A stretch of DNA of 64,000 nucleotides from an uncultured Pseudomonadota bacterium (GTDB lineage Bacteria > Pseudomonadota > Alphaproteobacteria > Rs-D84): positions 10,660-74,659 of the forward strand of contig CASFOK010000002.1 of NCBI GenBank assembly GCA_949296475.1, read 5' to 3'. Positions 57,514 to 64,000 of this stretch are shown here, piece after piece (the first letter of the stretch is position 1; every line of letters starts with the position of its first letter). The notes below the pieces were generated by a model that made no database searches, had not been told where the DNA came from, and was given only the letters and a program-made list of their open reading frames with translations. Position numbers and translations under genes: made by a program.

Positions 57514-59289
57514 ATGAACTTATTTGATTCGTCTTTTTTATGTCTTGATATAGGTACCAGCGGTGTACGCGGGATTGCACATCGCGTTCGCTCTGGACGA
57601 ATAGACCGTTCTGCGGTATACGCCGTAGACAGTTTTGATACAACTTTTGCTCTAAAATCTACAATTGACGAACTAGAACGTCAAATAGGTTCACATTTTG
57701 ACTCTGCATATATAACTGGTAATTTCGGTCCTGCTTTGTTTGAAATGGTGGCAAAAAGCACTACATGGAACAACGAACATAAAATAAACACATCGGATAT
57801 AAAAAACCAAATTTCACAGATTACAGCGCCAGAAAACTTTTATCCTATGCATATAATACCTTTGCGATACGATACGCCCAGCGCAAGAAACATGTTTTCA
57901 CCAATTGGTCACACAGACAGACAATTAATTTCTGCGTTTGGTGCCGTTTTTTACAGCAAACCTGAATTAGATAAAATGTTTTCCACACTACGTCGGGCGC
58001 ATATTCAATCAGACGCATTATATGACCCACAATATTTACTAAATGCAAGTTTTCGTAAATTAAAACAAAACACTTTATTTATAGATTTTGGTGCACAATT
58101 CACAAGCGCATCCATTTGGACAGACCGTGGCCCTGTATGGTATGAAAAATTAGAACACGGCGGAACAAATATAAGTTTAGATATTTCAGAACAATTAAAC
58201 ATAGATTTTGACGAAGCCGAACGCATAAAACGCAATGTATCCAGTTTGATTCCCAAAGAAATGGACCGCTTTACGCCGGCAGATACAGCTTATGAGTTTT
58301 CTCGCGCAGACGTAAACGATATTGTTTTACCACATATCGTAGATATAATTGCGGAAATAAAAGAAAAATGCACAAATGCGTTTTCAAAATATCGTCCTGT
58401 GCAGATAATAATAACTGGTGGCGGTGCAAATATTGAATCTATGCCCGAATTTATAGAAAACGCGTTTAATTTACCAATAAAAAACCTGCATTCTGATGCA
58501 ACTGTTCGTGCATTATCTTCTTATATTTGGGACGGCGAATCAGAACATCGTCAATCATACATGGCCAGAAAACAAAGATGGGGCAACATAACAAAAAAAT
58601 TAAATATGTTGTTTAAAAGGCGTCACAAAAAACAACAGTTTTTTGTACCAATTTTACCAAGCACGCTTTGCTTTAATATGAAAAGCCCTGTAACATATTC
58701 CATGTTTAAATCCAGTGGCATATCAATGATTCACGTGGACATCATGGACGGTTTTTACGTTGATAGAATCGCCGGCAGTATAAACGAATTAAAATACATA
58801 CGTTCCCACACAGACGCGCATTTGCATGTACATCTTATGACAGAAAGCCCATCTGTTTGGGCCCAAGACGCAATCAGCGCAGGTGCAGACACAATAATAG
58901 TTTCAACTAACACTTCCGGTTTACGAGACGCGTTACGATTAATAAAATCTGCATCACGTCGCGCCGGTGTTGCTCTTAATCCAGATTCGTCTGTTGAAAT
59001 TTTAAAACCGATTTTGCGTGAAATTGACGAGATTATGATAATGACAGTAAAACCGGGGGCCGCCGGACAATCCTTTAACGAGTCTTGTTTAAAGAAAATT
59101 TCCGTTCTTTCGGCAACCAGAAAAAAATATGGCTTAAAATATACAATTTCGGTTGACGGCGGCATAAATCCAGAAACCGCAAAAAAGTGCTGGGATGCCG
59201 GCGCCGATTTATTGGTCTGCGGTTCATACTTAGCAAAAAGTCGCGATTTTCCCGTCGCCGTTCAAAAATTATTAAAACAACCAAGATAA
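57514..59289 (+). CDS. ftsA-rpe: FtsA-like cell division protein fused in frame to ribulose-phosphate 3-epimerase
   Basis: Residues 1 to about 365 show the actin-like FtsA motifs LCLDIGTSGVRG, FIDFGAQFTSASIW and IIITGGGANIESMPEF. Residues about 380-591 are Rpe-like: ILPSTL, HVDIMDG, HVHLM, MTVKPGAAGQ, SVDGG and CGSYL. No stop codon lies between them. Confidence 0.8.
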   Translation: MNLFDSSFLCLDIGTSGVRGIAHRVRSGRIDRSAVYAVDSFDTTFALKSTIDELERQIGSHFDSAYITGNFGPALFEMVAKSTTWNNEHKINTSDIKNQISQITAPENFYPMHIIPLRYDTPSARNMFSPIGHTDRQLISAFGAVFYSKPELDKMFSTLRRAHIQSDALYDPQYLLNASFRKLKQNTLFIDFGAQFTSASIWTDRGPVWYEKLEHGGTNISLDISEQLNIDFDEAERIKRNVSSLIPKEMDRFTPADTAYEFSRADVNDIVLPHIVDIIAEIKEKCTNAFSKYRPVQIIITGGGANIESMPEFIENAFNLPIKNLHSDATVRALSSYIWDGESEHRQSYMARKQRWGNITKKLNMLFKRRHKKQQFFVPILPSTLCFNMKSPVTYSMFKSSGISMIHVDIMDGFYVDRIAGSINELKYIRSHTDAHLHVHLMTESPSVWAQDAISAGADTIIVSTNTSGLRDALRLIKSASRRAGVALNPDSSVEILKPILREIDEIMIMTVKPGAAGQSFNESCLKKISVLSATRKKYGLKYTISVDGGINPETAKKCWDAGADLLVCGSYLAKSRDFPVAVQKLLKQPR

Positions 59290-59324
59290 AAAAAGACCCG
59301 CTATAAACGGGTCTTTTTTGTTTT
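59290..59324 (+). terminator. Intrinsic terminator after ftsA-rpe
   Basis: aaaaaagacccg-ctataaa-cgggtctttttt. Confidence 0.85.
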
Positions 59325-59473
59325 CGAATCCAATAGGGATGTTTTTTTCGAAAAACTAAGAAAGTAGACGCATCAGCATAATGTTAGTAGATTATTTTAA
59401 TACGTCCCGGGTTGTTGTAGCAACCACTTATAATATGAAGCGAATATACAATTTTTACAACAAGAATGATTTC

Positions 59474-59884
59474 TTAGCCGTTCTGTTTTAAAATAATTTT
59501 ACGCCCGTTTTCATATTCAGTTATATAAATGTGTACTGTATTTTTTGGTAAAATATCGTTTGCAATATCTGGCCACTCAATCAACGTGATGTCATTTGCG
59601 ATGGCATACGGCAAACCGATTTCTGTTAATTCGGACTTATCCTCTATCCTATATAAATCAAAATGAGATATTCCATCATAATTTTGTACAATTGTAAAAG
59701 TTGGGCTTGGCACAACTGTATCATCGCCACGCAAAGTTTGAATTATGGTACGCGCAATTTCTGATTTTCCCATTCCTAAATCGCCATGTAACGCAACAGT
59801 TACAGGCGCGCTTAACGTCATGGCAAAATCTTTTGCCCAACTACGAGTTTCTGCGACCGTTTTTGTTATAAATTCTTTATTCAT
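59474..59884 (-). CDS. tsaE: tRNA t6A37 biosynthesis ATPase TsaE
   Basis: GDLGMGKSEIAR, SPTFTIV and HFDLYR. Confidence 0.88.
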   Translation of the reverse strand: MNKEFITKTVAETRSWAKDFAMTLSAPVTVALHGDLGMGKSEIARTIIQTLRGDDTVVPSPTFTIVQNYDGISHFDLYRIEDKSELTEIGLPYAIANDITLIEWPDIANDILPKNTVHIYITEYENGRKIILKQNG

Positions 59885-59886
59885 AT

Positions 59887-61875
59887 TTACTCCAACAACA
59901 ACAAATCATCTTCTAGTTTATGTATTGCATCACGTAAATCAGCGGCTGTTTCAAATTCAAGATTTTCTGCTGCTTCGCGCATTTTCTTGGTCAATTTTTT
60001 AATTTCTTTACGCAAAGTTTCCGCATCCATTACGCCATCAGCAGTATAAACAAATCGTTTTCTTTTATCAACTTTTTCATCTTTATCTGTAACCTCTGCA
60101 AATACTGCTTTTGTAACAGTTTTTGGTGTTATATTATGTTCCTTGTTATACGCCATTTGTTTTTCACGGCGTCTGTTTGTCTCGCCCAGCGCATCACGCA
60201 TAGAATCTGTTATTTTATCAGCGTATAAAATTACCCTGCCGTTTGCATTTCTTGCGGCGCGCCCTATTGTCTGAATCAAAGAACGCGTAGAACGCAAGAA
60301 TCCCTCTTTATCGGCGTCCATAATGGCAACTAATTCACATTCTGGAACGTCTAAACCTTCGCGTAACAAGTTTATACCAACTAGCACATCAAATTTACCC
60401 AGTCGTAAGTCACGCAGCAACTCTATTCTTTCCAAAGTTTCAATATCACTGTGCAGGTATTTAGCCTTTACGCCATTTTCAACGAAATAGTCAGTTAATT
60501 GTTCCGCCATTTTTTTTGTCAGTGTTGTTACCAGTACCCTGCCCTTTATATTTTTTACTTCGCCCAATAAATCGTCTACCTGATGGGTGGTTGGTCGTAC
60601 TTGACACACTGGGTCTAATAACCCGGTTGGTCTAATTACTTGTTCTGAAACAATACCCCCAGATTGTTTTAGTTCCCATTCTGCAGGCGTTGCCGATACG
60701 AATATAGTCTGTGGACGTAAAGAATCCCACTCTTCAAAAGTAAGCGGTCTGTTATCTATGCACGCAGGCAGCCTGAAACCATATTGCGACAAGGTTTCCT
60801 TTCGCGCCCTATCCCCGCGTGACATAGCAGAAATCTGCGGCACAGTCACATGACTTTCATCAATAAACAAAACCGCATCTTTTGGTAAATATTCAAACAA
60901 AGTCGGTGGCGGCTGTCCGGGTAATCTTCCAGATAAATACCTAGAATAATTTTCAATGCCGCGACACGTACCGGTAGACTCCATCATTTCAATATCAAAA
61001 TTAACGCGTTCACGCAGACGCTGTTCTTCTATATATTTCATATTTTCATGGAAATATTCCAACCGTTCTTTTAGGTCTTTTTTTATTTGCCCTATGGCCT
61101 GCAAAATTGACGGCATCGGTGTAGCATAATGCGTATTCGGGTATATTGCAACTCTGTCCAATTTTTGTAATTTTGCACCTGTCAGTGTATCAAATTCCCA
61201 TATTTCTTCTATTTCATCACCCCAAAAAGACAGTTTCCAGGCCCTATCCTGCGAATGTGACGGGAACAAATCCAAAGTATCACCCCTGGCACGAAAGGTT
61301 CCGCGCTCAAAATTCATATCGTTACGTTTATATTGAATATCCACCAAAGAATGCATTACATCTGCCATACTAATTTTATCCCCAGCGTGCAGAACTAACT
61401 TCATGCCAGCGTATTGTTCTGGCGACCCCATGCCATAAATAGAAGACACCGAAGAAACGACAACAACATCGCGTTCTTCCAACATTGCACGCGTTGCACT
61501 GTGACGCATACGGTCAAGTTGCTCGTTAATAGACGCGTCTTTATCAATATAGGTGTCGGTTGTGGGCAGATAGGCCTCTGGCTGATAATAATCATAATAA
61601 GAGACGAAATATTCAACATGATTTCTTGGGAAAAAGCCCTTCATTTCCGTATATAACTGTGCCGCCAAAATCTTATTTGGCGCCATAATCAAGGCGGGTC
61701 TTCCTAATTCGGCGATGACGTTTGCCATCGTAAACGTTTTACCCGATCCAGTGACCCCAAGCAAAACCTGACTGCGCCTGCCCTCACGAACGCCCAAGAC
61801 AAGTTCAGAAATAGCCTGTGGTTGATCACCCATAGGTTTATAACTACTTTCAAGATCAAATATTTTTTTATTCAC
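59887..61875 (-). CDS. uvrB: Excinuclease ABC subunit B
   Basis: [12 protein letters not shown], helicase motifs and a C-terminal UVR domain ([11 protein letters not shown]). Confidence 0.97.
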   Translation of the reverse strand: MNKKIFDLESSYKPMGDQPQAISELVLGVREGRRSQVLLGVTGSGKTFTMANVIAELGRPALIMAPNKILAAQLYTEMKGFFPRNHVEYFVSYYDYYQPEAYLPTTDTYIDKDASINEQLDRMRHSATRAMLEERDVVVVSSVSSIYGMGSPEQYAGMKLVLHAGDKISMADVMHSLVDIQYKRNDMNFERGTFRARGDTLDLFPSHSQDRAWKLSFWGDEIEEIWEFDTLTGAKLQKLDRVAIYPNTHYATPMPSILQAIGQIKKDLKERLEYFHENMKYIEEQRLRERVNFDIEMMESTGTCRGIENYSRYLSGRLPGQPPPTLFEYLPKDAVLFIDESHVTVPQISAMSRGDRARKETLSQYGFRLPACIDNRPLTFEEWDSLRPQTIFVSATPAEWELKQSGGIVSEQVIRPTGLLDPVCQVRPTTHQVDDLLGEVKNIKGRVLVTTLTKKMAEQLTDYFVENGVKAKYLHSDIETLERIELLRDLRLGKFDVLVGINLLREGLDVPECELVAIMDADKEGFLRSTRSLIQTIGRAARNANGRVILYADKITDSMRDALGETNRRREKQMAYNKEHNITPKTVTKAVFAEVTDKDEKVDKRKRFVYTADGVMDAETLRKEIKKLTKKMREAAENLEFETAADLRDAIHKLEDDLLLLE

Positions 61876-61921
61876 AAATGATAATATAATTCATTATAAT
61901 CAAAATACAAGGATAGAGAGA

Positions 61922-64000
61922 ATGGCACTTAAACCCAGATATAAACGTAGAATTTTTTGGTCTGTTGCAGGATTACTAGGTCTTGCTTTGGCTGCTTTAA
62001 TTATCGTTCCACCGATGATAACTCTTAACAATCTAAAACCAAAGATAGAACAGACAATCTACGAACAAACGGGTGTACCGGCAAAAATCAACGGTAACGT
62101 AAATTTCAGTCTTCTGGGACGCGCCACAATTGTTGCACATGATGTAGATATACCGATTGGTAATATAGGGGCGCTGTTATTTACGATACCGCTAACAAGC
62201 ATATTTGATTTAAATAATGCGCCACTAACGGGTGACATTTCTGTATACAGGGCAAACGTAACCATTAATAAACTGATACCAAAAACATTCTCGCATCCTA
62301 TTGAGATATATAATTCTTATGTAAAGTATAAAACTAAATACTTTGAAATCCAAAATGCCACACTTGACAATGGAAATCTTGTTGGGATTGTTCGTACAGA
62401 AAAGCATAAATATGACATAGAATTTGATAAAGACTTATTTTTCATCAGAAATCAAAACGACAAATTAGAAATATCTGGTCAATTATACTCTGATGGTTCT
62501 GTACGCGGACAAATATCTATGGAAACCAACGACATTAATAAGTGGTTTGATTTTTCTGAACCCAAAATAGACACAACCATCAGTTTAACAACAAAATTTG
62601 AGTGGGACGGCGGCAAAGGATATTCTTTTAAAGATATTTCCGCAAATAACTTCAAAGGCAATATAGAAATTTTACCAAACGGTGAAAAAAATATTCAGTT
62701 ATCTGGACAAAACATAATTTATGATATGTCTTTTTTATTAAAACCATCGCGAATATTTTACAGAACGAATTTCAATCTTGATTTTTATGGTGATTTACAA
62801 TTCGGTAATTATACGTTCAAGCATTTAAAAATTGATGCGATTGGTACAACGAATTATCTACAAATTGCAAATATAGTAGCAGATGATATTGCGATGACCG
62901 GCGGCATAATAGACGCAAACGGCGCAAAAGATATAATGATAACCACACCATACGAAGGTCAACCAGCAATGTGCCTATTTTCAGGCACGCCAGAACGTTG
63001 GAAATGCAGCGAATATACATACGGTGATTATTGGGGCAGTTTGTCTGTAAACGATAATAATTTTGAGATATTCATTCAGTCCGACAAACCGATGCCCGAT
63101 AGAAATACTTTGATTAAATGGGCAAAAAAACTTGGTGATACCGGCCGAATAAATTTTCAGTTTTCAGATATTGGCGGCAGTTTTGATATAACCCCAGATA
63201 ATTACATGACGCCAAAATATACTTTCGCGGAAAATAAAACTTTGAATTGGCTAAACCCCAACATAAAAAACATACCAAAATTTATGCGCGATGAACCTGG
63301 TGACTTTAAATGGTCAGATAATACGATGATATTTGTTCCTAATTCAGGACAGTGGACATTGATATTATCTGAAAATTCTTTTAGCATAATGGGGAAAAGC
63401 GCAAAACAATGGTTCCCGGACCTAGACCTGCGCGCATTAAACGACCAAGAATATGTGGTATCAGGTACATACAAAGATGATATAATATCAAACCTGACAA
63501 TAGAAATTGCCGGTCAAGAATTTACAGGCAGCGTTAACGGAAACAACATAACGCTTTATACGAAGTTATTAAACATAGACTCGTTCATGAATCAAGAATT
63601 TCTTGATAATTATGAAGAAAACTCTTTTTTAACCACATCACCTATTATGTTACCATTTAACCTTCCTGTTAATATATCTTTATCTGCCGACAGTTTAATT
63701 TATAACGGGGACGAGTTTAAAAATTTTGTATATGCATTAAAATCTGGCACACAAACATTTTCTATTACAGATAATTCGCGTGGTAATTTGTTAGCGACTA
63801 TAAATAAAACAAACAATCAATATAAGATATTTGCTCAATTAAATAAATTTATAATAAATGGTTACTTGTTATCATCTGAAATGCCTCTGAATATTCGCGA
63901 CACGATGATAACCGCAGAAATAAATATGACAACATCTGGGAACATCGCGCATGATATAGCATATAACATTGCTGGCGATATGGATTTAACTTTTACCGGT
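61922..64000 (+). CDS. AsmA-family envelope protein, 3'-truncated by the window edge; not in the ORF track
   Basis: I translated this frame by hand from the ATG at 61922 (AAGGATAGAGAG upstream) and found no stop to 64000 (more than 690 codons). The N-terminus (MALKPRYKRRIFWSVAGLLGLALAALIIVPPMITLNNLKPKIEQTIYEQTGVPAKINGNVNFSLLGRATIVAHDV) is typical of AsmA-like proteins. Confidence 0.6.
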   Translation, partial: MALKPRYKRRIFWSVAGLLGLALAALIIVPPMITLNNLKPKIEQTIYEQTGVPAKINGNVNFSLLGRATIVAHDVDIPIGNIGALLFTIPLTSIFDLNNAPLTGDISVYRANVTINKLIPKTFSHPIEIYNSYVKYKTKYFEIQNATLDNGNLVGIVRTEKHKYDIEFDKDLFFIRNQNDKLEISGQLYSDGSVRGQISMETNDINKWFDFSEPKIDTTISLTTKFEWDGGKGYSFKDISANNFKGNIEILPNGEKNIQLSGQNIIYDMSFLLKPSRIFYRTNFNLDFYGDLQFGNYTFKHLKIDAIGTTNYLQIANIVADDIAMTGGIIDANGAKDIMITTPYEGQPAMCLFSGTPERWKCSEYTYGDYWGSLSVNDNNFEIFIQSDKPMPDRNTLIKWAKKLGDTGRINFQFSDIGGSFDITPDNYMTPKYTFAENKTLNWLNPNIKNIPKFMRDEPGDFKWSDNTMIFVPNSGQWTLILSENSFSIMGKSAKQWFPDLDLRALNDQEYVVSGTYKDDIISNLTIEIAGQEFTGSVNGNNITLYTKLLNIDSFMNQEFLDNYEENSFLTTSPIMLPFNLPVNISLSADSLIYNGDEFKNFVYALKSGTQTFSITDNSRGNLLATINKTNNQYKIFAQLNKFIINGYLLSSEMPLNIRDTMITAEINMTTSGNIAHDIAYNIAGDMDLTFTG

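Noticed and set aside
1-64000. Search for CRISPR arrays, IS elements, transposases, prophage genes or long direct/inverted DNA repeats
   Set aside because: I saw no regularly spaced repeats and no transposase or phage-like ORFs on either strand. The only recombinase is xerD.

Overview
This is a gene-dense, AT-rich chromosomal segment with about 62 protein-coding genes, 2 tRNA genes (Gly-UCC and Tyr-GUA, both on the minus strand) and a set of clear hairpin-plus-T-run terminators. I saw no rRNA, CRISPR array, transposase, phage genes or long DNA repeats. The gene content points to an alphaproteobacterium: a MucR/Ros regulator, an alpha-type AddB, rsmI divergent from an lpoA-like gene, a lolE-lolD pair and ftsQ-ftsA. 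The compact, Lys/Asn/Ile-rich coding style suggests a host-associated lineage, but that is inference only. Most of the window is housekeeping: rarA, fabD, ftsK, secDF-yajC, mutL, greA, xerD, trxB, serS, typA, recA, secB, mltA, ruvC, yebC, ruvA, mnmE, xth, addB, engB, rsmI, argS, lolD/E, ftsQ, tsaE and uvrB. Ten things stand out. (1) A minus-strand block (49452-56313) links an unknown 108-aa protein, a secretin-like lipoprotein and lolE-lolD to five tightly packed ORFs. These ORFs encode exported proteins built from a repeated Cys-bracketed helical module, and two of them end in a shared 6-Cys mini-domain. I cannot assign them to any named family, and this block is my best candidate for an undescribed envelope system. 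(2) FtsA and ribulose-phosphate 3-epimerase are fused in one reading frame. (3) An S41 (Ctp/Prc-like) homologue has both catalytic dyad residues replaced. (4) The MucR/Ros homologue lacks three of the four zinc ligands. (5) An AT-rich five-gene glycosyltransferase island, including a Stealth-family gene, sits between typA and recA. (6) Two tandem paralogous genes of unknown function sit between serS and typA. (7) An S8-like peptidase gene is translationally coupled between ruvA and mnmE, where ruvB is usually found, and it contains a G8 tract. (8) A pair of back-to-back promoters shares an inverted repeat. (9) A 43-codon membrane ORF falls below the ORF-track cutoff. (10) A large 3'-truncated AsmA-like ORF is also absent from the track. 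All functional calls rest on motif recognition by eye, since no searches could be run.
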